This document shows, one piece after another, positions 39,601 through 51,600 of a stretch of DNA of 64,000 bases. Numbering within the stretch: the stretch's first letter is position 1; the number at the start of each line of letters is the position of its first letter. Source of the DNA: Botryllus schlosseri (taxonomy: Eukaryota). Made by a program: the position numbers and the translations under genes. The notes below the pieces were generated by a model. The model saw nothing but the letters and a program-made list of their open reading frames with translations. It did no database searches and had not been told where the DNA came from. The stretch covers positions 13,454,001-13,518,000 of the forward strand of contig CM119378.1 of assembly GCA_051294905.1 (NCBI GenBank). The letters run 5' to 3'.

Positions 39601-42600
39601 AAATATATGATAGATTGGTCAATACAGTCGGTTACAAATAAGCCTGTGTTTGAACACAAACAAGGCGACTGCATGATTCTAGAGACGTGTTTGATTTCAT
39701 CTCTATCACAATTTTGAAATTTCGTTAAATTTGCAACAGTTTGATATCTCAGCTTTCGGGGCTCACAGAAACTCAACATTTTTTGGGCTTATCAAACGGA
39801 CCGGGCATACTTGCCTGTAGCTCAGTTGGTTCACGATCTTTCCTGAAGTTACGAAATCTTCCAAGTCGTCAAAATCAACTTCGCTCTCATCCATTCCGAT
39901 GGCGGTGAGGGTGGCAGCCGGGATCACGCATCTCATTCTCTGGCAAGTCGACTTATCCCACCAGACAGAGAGTAGCTAATGCAACGAATAACGTGAGTTA
40001 TCGTATTTTTAACAAGAAGTCGACGTGCTTACCTCTTTTCTTTGTCCTTTGTATGTGCAAGCGTTGTCGCACACTGAAGCACAGAAAAACATTACGATAC
40101 GAAAAGGGCAAAAGCATGAAAATACAGCAGGTATGAATATTTACTCACGTGGTTATGTTTTTACACATCTTCCACCTCCAGTATTTTAGGAAAAAAAACA
40201 CTTACTTTTACACTTTTGAAATTTACAGTATTAGAATAGTTTTCTGATAAGTTACACCACTTCTATGAGCAAAAAATGTCATAAAAGCATACGAGATAGC
40301 CCCTGTATTGTGGTACCTGAATATAATTTCAAGGATTGTACCTATTTGCAGTGTCGTTAGTAATCATGCATTAGTCGCAATTGCAATTTTGAAAATAGCC
40401 ACCCCCCGAATAACTGCTAAATTACAGGCTACTCTTTTAAACTACTTAATCGAGTAGCTTTAAGACTTCATTTTCTAGTCCCACTTTATGTATATACGAC
40501 AGGTTCGGAAAATAGCAACTGTACTTGTAATTGAGTGGAAATTTATAGCATTACTTCTGCCTGAGCATCAAAACAGCATGTCCATGTCCTGACTAATCAA
40601 TTCTAAATGAAAGGTAAATACAAAAATATCTCACCGCAGCAATTCTTGCTCGGGAAGCATTCGTCGTCGGTGTTGAAATAGTCAATAATCTGTCCTGTGG
40701 CAGGGCTGGCGCACATGGTCGGATCATTATTCGGCGCTGACAACAATATGATATTACACCTCACACGATATTACGATTCAAAAAGCAGTACTTACGACAT
40801 TCGACTTTATCGCAGTCGCACTCATCTTTGACAACGGTCGCATTGGTGCATTTTCTACACACGGTGGGGTCGGGATCGCAGTGGTCGATTGTCTGCCAAT
40901 CCGGGCACACGCCGTTGTCCCAATCTTCGTCGGAAACTTTGCACACGAGTCGGGTGCATTTTTTCGGTTCCCAGATGGTTCCGACCTTGAAATAAAGTAA
41001 AATTTTAAATAAGTTAGGGCTAAATTACAGAGATGAATGTAGGCTAAATTATAATATACTGCAATTCCTAAGCAGTCAATTGTATACTGGCAGAGGTGGT
41101 CAGTAACAAACTACTTCTACTCGTAATTAAGTAGAAATAAAGGCATTACTTCTATGTCTGCTTGAGTAGCAATGCTGATTACTTTGACCCTTTAAGACGG
41201 ATGCCTAAGTTTACCAGTTATTACAACATGCAGTATTGCATCAACTGCTAATCTATAGTGCTAATTGAGAATCCGTAAGAAGTAAGCGTAAGGGATTATC
41301 GAACTCACCTCGGCCTTGGTTCCGTCGTCCTTGTAGCAATATTTCTCTGGCTGGCAGTCGTAGACTTCGCAGCACTGGTCGGGAATGCTGATTGGAGTTT
41401 TGAGGTAGGATCTGCATAAAGTAACTCAACTAATTATCGGAGATTTAAATAGAATCATTTTGTTTCATATTTTATGGCGGTATTGAAGATTGTGATCAAG
41501 TGGGAACAGGAATCCAAGCACTGAAATCTGAGTCCAGCATTAATTACTTTCAGCAAAGCAATGCGGATGCATTTGTAATGGCATACAGGAAAAAGCGGGG
41601 GGGGGGGATCAAAACAGTGCCTTAATACTGATGCATTGAATACAGTGTCATGCGGCAATTTAGATTTACTGGTACCAGCAACCAGGAAATATAGCGAGTG
41701 TCATTCAAAATAGCAAGATACTCAAAATAGTTAGTTAGAATTTGGCTTATCTTGTGTTAGGGTTTGAGGTTAGTTCAGCCTGTTACAGTGAGTCAGTTGT
41801 ATCGACAAATGATGAAATCCAGAACACCCTGAAATGTTATCATTAAGTTACTTATAAAGCCATCAATCTTGACACATTTTCTGTCTACCTACTTACAAAT
41901 TCTAGCTTATCATAATTTTTCAAAGGATCAGGTCATTAATCAATTGCATTTACACCAGACTCCACTCTAACGCTAATGCTAGACTTGTAATTTATTCCGA
42001 CCGGCATTATGTATCATCAATCCTTACTTGTAACAGTTGGAGCATTCCGGCTTGGTGGTGTTGCACTTGTAATCGGACGACGTGATAAGCTTGCAGTTCT
42101 GATAGTCGCTAGCATCTGGTTCATCCGTGCACACGTAATCGACGCAGTTCGCGGTCCATTTCTCGCCTGGATTCTTGAAGGTACCGTCGTCCAAACGGCA
42201 TTTGACGCATTCTAAATTTTAGTGTAATTGTGAATGAGCGGCACTCCAAAATAAGCACGGCCTACGCACTGCAATCGTATCTTGGGCAGCATTTGTCTTC
42301 AAAGCAGCAACTCCTGTTGTCGTTCTTCACGGCGACTTGATGCGCTTCACATTCTGGGTCTGTGGGACAGTCTGGCACTTGTTTCGTCACGTTGAAACAT
42401 TCCAGAGTTTTGGCCGGATCCTGTACGAGGAAAATCACGATTGCAAACTAGCATTTGTCGAGCTGAATATTAGAACAGCAAACATATGTTATCAATGTCC
42501 ACTACAAATCTAATCCATTTAATCTTCCATATCAGGATGACAAACATATGAGACCGAAATACGATTACTCATTCAGAGAGTAGATAGACATAACCGAGAC

Positions 42601-45600
42601 AGATTGACACTAATTACTAGTTCTGTATTAATTAAAGCGACTGGATACCCACGTAAATACACTGCCCTAATGGGAATGGTTCAGATGTCATTTGCTTCGC
42701 TACATTTTAAAAGTCAATTGCTGATTTCGGAAAGTGGAGTGTTTAAGACTCATATATCAGATCAAAACTTAGAGAGAACAGCAGCTTCAAATGTAGACTT
42801 GGTCAATTTGTGGCATACTTTTAACACTTAACCGCTTGTACAGGGTTTACACCTGAGTATATAGCTATGACAGCAGCGTATAGATTGTGAAGACACAATG
42901 CCCTCTATACGGGTCGCCTATATCTTTAGTATCACTTATAAATTGTCAGGCAGAGGTGCCAGCGTGCAACAATTTGTGACAATACAGTGTCCAGTTCCTC
43001 TGTAGTATGCGCTATCACTTGTAAATTATCAGGCAGAGATGGCAGTGTACGACAATTAGTGATAAAACAGTTTCCAATTCTTCCGTCCTATGTAGCTACC
43101 TTTCAGGCGTAGCTCACACACAGCTTTCAACCAGTAATTATCACTAATTACTATCCAATCAAGCTAATCAAAGCTTAATACAACCAAATACTCGCAATAG
43201 AGCAGTGGTTCCCAACCGGGGGGGGGGGGAATTTTGAAGTTTTTTGGGGAGAATCTGGCTCAATTTTTTGATGGGGAATGTGGCTTTGGCAATGTATCGG
43301 AAGATACACTGGGTTCACAAGGTTTTTAGATTTTTATGGTATAGAACTGTTAAGTAGAAATTAGTTTTTTACAATTGTATGTTTGTTTGGCGGATTTCAA
43401 GCTTGGTGTATGTGTAAATGCCTTCCGTAGATATTACATCCCCTGATAAAGTGAGGCTCAGGAGACGATTTCGTTGGGTCCGCGACAGCCTATCGATCAA
43501 ATTGCTACTAAGCAGGAAAACGTCAAGCCGAATTCAGCACAAGGCCGCTAGTGAAAATGTTTAACTTTTGACAACATATGAGTTAACGTGAAAAACATAC
43601 CAAATTCATCGATTCAACTCAAGTCCATAGCAAGCGGACTTGGTGGTTTATTTTTCGTCAGCGGCAACCCGACCGGTCAAAAACAGGTCAAATTTGACTG
43701 TACTTAACCAAAGTTTAGTGCGGTCCGCATTCGCCATCGTTCAGACATATCTGAATATGTATGTTTGGCCATTAATTGCTCAGTCGACAAATGGTTGCGC
43801 GTTAAAAAGCACATTTTTTTAGTCACAGGCAACTTTTTCATAGGGGGCAATTTTAGCTCAAATATCGGACAAGGGGGGCACGAGACGAAAAAGGTTGGGA
43901 ACCACTGCAATAGAGGAATCACACTGTTGTCGAAGCTTCTTTTGTCAAATATTTTCTATTTAGCAGTTTTTCAGACACTTTTATTCGCATTAATTTACAG
44001 TATTTTGTTCAAAGTAGTCACTGAAGTACGAAGATTGGAAGTGAACTAAAGTATCCGAACTATAGACTCCCTTTGATCGAAGAGGCTGGAAAATTTTTGA
44101 CAGAAATACCGATATATGAAGAAGATTACCAGACTATCAGGTATATACCGTCTTGTTCATGAGATCTCTAGTATCGATGGAAATAAAAACCTGACAGTGT
44201 TTAAACCGGTAGTTTGAAAGTGAAACCAACACCAGCCAACAGTGATGACTACCTTAGCTGGGTCACAATAGTAAGAAGCAAAGCATCCTTTCGTAGTGTC
44301 TCCTTCAGTCCATCTTTCACCTGATTTTCTATCAGGGACGACCTCACCGTTGAACATACATTGTGTACATTCTGAAATAATAAGTGAAATCCATTATTCC
44401 GCAACTATACCGTTTGGACATTTGCTCCATACCACAGGACACGAGGACTTGACATCCGCATTCGTCATATCGGTAGACTGGTTTGTTGTATGGCTCCACG
44501 CATGGCTCCGGATCGGGACACACAAATGGTGCGCATTCCTGTGCAAAAGAATGCAATGAAATTATTACAAATCATAGGGCACATTCACAAACTACAGGTC
44601 ATTTTCGTCAGTTCTTTTGCAGTTAAGGATCAGAAGTGATTTGAGCCGTATTATCGCAATTAACTTGGCATTAAAGACAAGATATGAAAAAATATCCGAG
44701 GCGTAACTGGCAGTATGGTTGCTCAGTAAAATTAGTAAATAGTAAATCAGGACCAAAGTGTGAATCCATTTAAAACAGTGGTTCCCAACCTTTTTCGACT
44801 CATCTCCCCCTTTTCAAGCTCAACACCGATCATCGCCCCCCTAATTTTGTGAACCGAAAAATGGGCATACAAACTGTAATCACCGGCGACTAAAAAAAAA
44901 AGTCAACTTTTCGGCTCGATGTCGAATTTTACACTTTTGCAACTAAATTTCAGTGGATTGACTAAAAAATAAAAAATAAAAAGGTCATTTATCTGATTTG
45001 ACTCCAATAGAGCCGTTTTAACGTGTCATCGCCCCTTCGCTATTTTCGCCCCCTTTGTCCATTTTCGCCTCCCTATCACCCCTTCATGATTTTCGCCCCC
45101 CTAGACCACCAAATCGCCGACTTTGGGAACCACTGATTTAAAAGGAAAGATAGATCGCACCCTGTGACGAATCCCTAGTACAGCGCATTGGAAATTTTTA
45201 TCGATCCTCGCTTAAACTGAGGTTCTACTCCCACACATATCACTATATTTTGATATAGTCCCTTCCAAGTTATTGCATACATCTTGCAACATTGAATGCT
45301 TCTACAAAAGGACACAAAATAGAGACCTCTTTCTTGCACTGATCTTTCTCATCGACGTCCTTGGTGCAGTTGCAAACTTCGCATTTGCTGGGTTCCGTGT
45401 AAATTCTCTTCCACGATTTTCCGACCTGGAAAAATTTCACAGACCATAAAAATCTGTTCGCGATTCACATCTATTCGGTCATACGTTGTATGTGGCGTTG
45501 TCGAAGTTGTCATAACACCAATCGCAAGTACAGTCAAAGCACGGCGCTTTGCACGGGTCTGCGTCTTCAATCTCGTAACGCTGGTGTCCAGGTGGACACT

Positions 45601-48600
45601 TCAGATCTGCATTGCATCTCTCGACTTTCACTGTGAAACAAAAGTAGTACACACGTTAAGCTACATTTAAAAAGTCATTGCTAATTTGGGAAATTGGAGT
45701 GCTCATGAGTCGTATATCAGATCGAAACTAGGACCATAATATGTGTCAGAGAATGTCAGAGCAGTGAGCCTTGCTAGATTTGGTCAATGGGGCGCATACT
45801 TTCAGCAGTTAATCAGACATGGCTACTTATATATTACGGTACGCACAAATAGGTGCAATTTTCAACAAAATATTCAGTTGTCGTGATACAGGGCTCTTTT
45901 GCCTGGTTGTCATGATAATATTACCAATAAAATTGATGCAAGCATATCCCAAAACGAATGTTTACACTGCAAAATTCAAAGTGCAAAAAGTATGTAGTGG
46001 AATTGATAGCAGTCTAAAATGTAGCCACTTTGGTTTTAAATAAAAGTATAAATACTTTGTTACTGACCACTTATGCTAAATGTCTTACCGCATTCAGCCA
46101 CGTCACAGCCACAAGCGTCCTGGGTGACGACGGTGTCATAACATTCGGGGCATACATCGACGGGCTTGCAGCCAATGTCCATTGCGGCAGGGCACAAGGA
46201 GATGTTTTGCTGGCACGTGCTGTACAAGTCTTGGGCGATCTTTGAGTCGACGATCATGCCCCTGTCGCGAAAACAGACTGACGATGTGGAGGGGAATGCG
46301 ACCACAAGCAGGATGGTGGGACTGGGGAGTAAAAATAACCCAACCCACTATCTAGTATCTACACATTGCAATAGCATCATTTTTTCTAATATTACCGAAT
46401 GATGGCTTTAAAAAAGTATGTAAATATAAAGTAATAATCATCACCATGAATCCACATAAAAGATTTGGCAGACTCTGATACCGCTTAAGCATTGCATCAT
46501 TGTGTATATATTTACCTGAAGTCCACCGAGGATTTGAAATCGCTGAAAACCGATTCGATATCGGTGTTTTCGAGCTCGTTGTAAGCGATACGTCCCGCGT
46601 ATCCGAGCTTGCGAAGAGTGGCTTCCGGAAGGACACATCGCATGCGAGTGCACGTTTCTTCGTCTTGCCATACTTCGAAAAGCTGTGTGTAGTCGGGCAG
46701 GGTTAAAAGCGCTCACATCGGATGTTATGATGGATTTAGAATTACTAACCTGGCGTTTCACTCCTTTGTATGTGCACGAAGTTTCACAGACTGAAATAAA
46801 GATTGAAGTTTAGGCACATCGGAATGACTTGGCTCATGATAACCCAGGTACATATGCATACAATGTAGTAGGGGTCAAAACAGACTTGCTTATGCAGTAA
46901 AGGGATACGATTGTTGATATACGATGTTCTTTTGAATTCTCTACAATTTGCTGACGATTCCCCTGATTAGTGTTAGCCGAAAATATTCAGGTTGATTTCA
47001 ATATGATTTTACTATTCAATTGTATATTGAAGCTCTGTACCTCCAAGAAGCTGTTTGAAGTGAATTAAAGTGAATTGGAGACTAAACTTCTTTGAGACAT
47101 AAAATCAGACTGGAGTCAGTTCATGGTGACAGAGCTGTATGGGACTTACCAACTACGATCAAATTTGATATTTTTAGGTATAAGAATCTATCGATGATTT
47201 GACGATAAACAAAATTAGTCGGAGAAGGGCATACTAGTAACGAAGTGATTGCTGTGGAATCTACTAATGCTTATCATAAAACTGAATCCTGTGCTGAACT
47301 GCTACAATAAATATGGAACTAACGGCACAATTCATACTCACCACAGCAGTCTTTGCTTGGGAAGCAAATATCTTCAGTCTCCAGTGTTGTAATTCTCTGG
47401 TTGACACCCGTTTCCACACAGCTTGTCGGCGGTTCCAATGGCTCTGCAATAACGGAAGACTTGCATTTCCAAGCACATCGAAGTCTCAAAGCATTACACC
47501 TACCGCAGTTCACAACTGGGCAGCCACATTCGTCGAGCGATTCGATGGTCTTTTCACAAAGAGCGCATTCGATGGGTTTCGGACAGCCCATTTCGAATGT
47601 GGTGGGACACAGCGAAATGTCTTGGTTGCATTCGGAATACAGAGATCGGGTGATTTTGGAGTCGCTCAGCATTTTTCTGAAATGGCGTATTCATAGTTGA
47701 TGCCCTTATATTGACTCTACAGCAGGGGTTCTTAACCGGGAGTCCATGAAATGTTGAAACTCAAACTATAATGCTATATAGTCAGTAATAATGACTTATA
47801 TTATTACTGCTCACCACTGGTAACAATCCCCACAAGGATGATATATACACTAATTTGCTCTCCAACTGCTAATCAGGCCATGACGAGGTCTGCGCGGAAG
47901 CGATGACGCTTTTCTTCTTAGCCATCACAATCTCAAATTTTGTGGATCAGGATCCATGTAACCACTCCAGTGTGAGGCTACAAATAGCTAAATAAGAACT
48001 CGAAAGAGTATGGTCGTAAAAGAAAAGCTACTTACCATTTAAAAAAATCATATTTAAGGGTTGGAATGTAAACATGATGGTGGTTAAGTCCATAGCGAAA
48101 GAAATTCTTACACCCTTTGTGCCCAGTTTTTCTACCGACTCTCATCAGGAGCGAATATCAGTAAATGCACGAAACTACACTTGAAATCAATGACTGAATA
48201 CCTGTAATTGAGCTTGGTCATGATATCACGGAAAGTACTGCTATCATCCAGATCGAAATAGTCAATGTCTTTCGGATTATATCCGAGCACGGTCAGTGTT
48301 TGTTCGGGGAGAACGCAACGCAGTCTCTGACAGGTGCTGGTATCTGTCCACACCGAAAAGAGCTAAAAGTACCCGTAATTAGTGTGGAAAGTATATTTTT
48401 GTTTTTTTTATTATGACTCTACCTCTTGTCTGGCGTTTCCAGAATAGCAGGCACTGTCGCACACTGGAAAGAAAATATACGGAATAGAATCTGTGCAAGG
48501 GGTAAGAATGGGAAAATAGAGTGTACCCACCGCAGCAATTTTTGCTCGGAAAGCAACTGTCACCAGTGTTGAAGTAGTCCACAATTTGATTTTCGGCTGG

Positions 48601-51600
48601 ATCAGTGCATGACACAGGTTCCGCGTTGTCATCTGCAAGGAAGATAGCATGTTAATATCCACTCGGCCCAACATGATGTTAAATAATATATATCTAAAGC
48701 TCAGAGATGGTCGGTAATGAAGTACTTCTACTTTTTCAGATTACTCAAGTAGCATTCGCCCACTTGCACTACTTACTCAATTGTATATACTTTTAGACCA
48801 ATTCCATTTATACTTTACAGTTTTTGCAGCAAAACTACATAATTTTAGAACTTTGGATTTGGTATAGTTGAAAGTGGTTCATGAAAAAATTAGTTTCTGA
48901 ATCAATTTTATGAGTTAAATTGTAATGACGATCGAGAGGAATCACTCCTGAAAATCATAACTGTATATATATTCGAAAAGTTGACCTATTTATTGCGTTG
49001 TCATTAGTCATTTTGTGTTAGCCAGGACGGTACATCTTTCAATTTTGAAAGGTGCCACGTCCGATTGACTGCTAAAATACCAAATAAACATTTTCGAACT
49101 ATTACTGAAGTACTTTTCAGATATATATATCTTTGGAATTGCTGCATCAACTTGTAATTGAATAAAAATTTACGATATTGCATCTTCTTTGGTAGCAATG
49201 CAGCCTACTTCGACCACCTCAGTAGATAAGAGGTTAGTAATACATCGCCGGAGCTAATCATTGTTTGTAATTATAATCATGTATTGTGCAGGGTCTACTT
49301 ACTGCATTGAACCACGGGGCAATCGCAGTGATTACGGACAATAGTCTTGTTCTGGCATGGGCCGCACGTGGTCTTGTCTTCGTCACAATGATCGATTGGT
49401 ACAACGTCAGGACAGATTCCTTGTGCCCAATCCTCTTCTGTGACGATGCACTGCACTCGGACACATTCTTTCGGTTCCCAGATCGTTCCGTTCTGATGTA
49501 AAAGGAGTCGATAAATACTGATGATCGAATGGATTCTTGTTTCATAAAGTCCTATTTCAGACATGGGTCCAATTTGATCATTTCAGAGCCTACTCCAAGT
49601 GATCAATTCGGCTTTTTATATTAGTTCTATCCGAACAATATGATCAGATTAATCACTGATCTTCAAGGCGGTATTTTTTGACATGTCAAAATTTTGTTAA
49701 AATTAGGTAAAAAAATTGTCAAAATTGTTTACGAAGTCAAATTTACTTTGCAGCCTGCATTTCGTTTGTATCGTAGAGATTTGCACTGTTGATGAACCAC
49801 AGCCTATATAAAGGCTATGGATGAATTGATCATTTGACATTTTACGGCTTGCAGCCTACTTTATAGGCCTACTGTTGTAGACGACCCATTATCTGCTCCT
49901 TGTGAATCATAAACGGCCAAATGAAACAAAAAGGTTGACATGGTGTTATGCTGAACGTACCACAATATCCAACTGAAGCAAGACTGCATGGGCATGGTTC
50001 TTATATCAAGAAGCGCATGATAAAAAATAGTGATGTGGACAACATTGTCAGAATAAAGCGAACATGATGTGTCACCAGCAGTGTACGGTGTAACTTCAGT
50101 GTTACCAGCCAACAACAGCTGTTGTTGAAGGTTGTTAATAGGTCCAGATTTTGTTGAAATAAAGTTTTTGTTTTTTCATGTAAAAATTTGTCAGTTTCTA
50201 AGTCAAAAAAGCTTTTTCAGGCCAAACTACTTCGTAAGGATAGACAGTTCCAACCAGAAATGAAGACAGGTACCGTACAATTCAAACATTATGTGGGAAA
50301 CACCTCATTTACATACATGAGGTCAAAATTTGGTCAAAATTAAGTTTAAGATGAAAAATATCAAAATTTTGATTTCTAGGCTAAAAAACGCTCTACTGAT
50401 CATATTAAAACACTTACCGCCACTCTCTCTCCGTTATCTTTCTCGCAGAACATTTCCGGTTTGCAATCCCACACGTCGCAGCACTGATCTGGCACGCTTC
50501 TCTTCACTTTCAGATATTGGCTGCGTTGGAAAACAGGCGATAAAATACTCAGAAGCAGGAGCTTCAAATGTCAGCTTACCCATAGCAGTTGACGCAGTTG
50601 AGTTCGGGGCTCGGGCATTCCTGCACCTTGCTTTGGACAAAGTAGCAGTTGTCGGGATCGTTCTCGTCTGGTTTGTCGGTGCAGGTGTAGTCGATGCAGT
50701 CTTTGGTCCAGTTCGATCCGGGGGCATAGAATTTACCGTCGAATCGGCAGTTGTTGCAGACTTGAAACAAAATGGGCGAAACGCGTTACAAATGCAGCAT
50801 TGCAAACTACATAGGAAGAGCTGTCACATTGTCTAAATGAAGTTGTTGCAATCTTGAATAAAAAGCGCAGAAACACTTCAGAAATGTGCTATTTCAAGCC
50901 CACATAGGAATAACTGTCACGGTGCTTAAATGCAGTTGTTGCAAACTTGAATAAAAGAAGGCAAAATGCATCCAAATAACGTCAGAAGAACTAGCTTGTC
51001 ACAATGTATAAGTCACATGATTGGACTTCACAAAATGAATCGCAGGATACAGGGGAATATTACTATGTGCAAGTAATAATCTATTCAAATAGCTCAGCTC
51101 AGATAGCAAGTCACAGCTGACAATCCAGCAGGTATCTGGCTGATGATAGAGTGAATGATTAGCTTTTTACGGTAACAAAGTATTGCAAACATATGAATTA
51201 GAGTAAGGGCCTTACCGCATTTTTTTCTAGCGCAGTACTCTCCATCTTCGTAGTAACAGCTTTGTGACTCGTCGCTCACAAGCTCGAATCCTGTCTTGCA
51301 TTCCGCAATCGTCTCGCAAGATGCTCTCTCAACAGTGACATTGAAGCACTCATCTGGAGCCTGAAAGATTTGGAATCAGTAATCATTTTCCATGACACAG
51401 CCCTGTTTGATATAATAGCTTACCTTGAACGGGAGACACTGGTAAGTGTCGTAACATCCCAGCTCCACATTGCCGCTAGTCCATGTTTGTCCAGGCTCTT
51501 TGCCTTCCAGTACTTCGCCGTTTCTCATACAATGATTGCATTCTGACGTGTATCAACAGAAGATAAGTATACCAGATCGGGTATTTTAGGCTTAAAAGTA

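Noticed and set aside
39813-39830. tRNA A-box-like TAGCTCAGTTGG
   Set aside because: It is the antisense of a gene B exon end (NQLSYR), with no B box or cloverleaf.
50330-50836. Long plus-strand ORFs such as 50330-50836, 58234-58647, 33350-33745, 30768-31121 and 26139-26459
   Set aside because: Antisense shadows of GC3-rich gene B exons; no independent coding signal.
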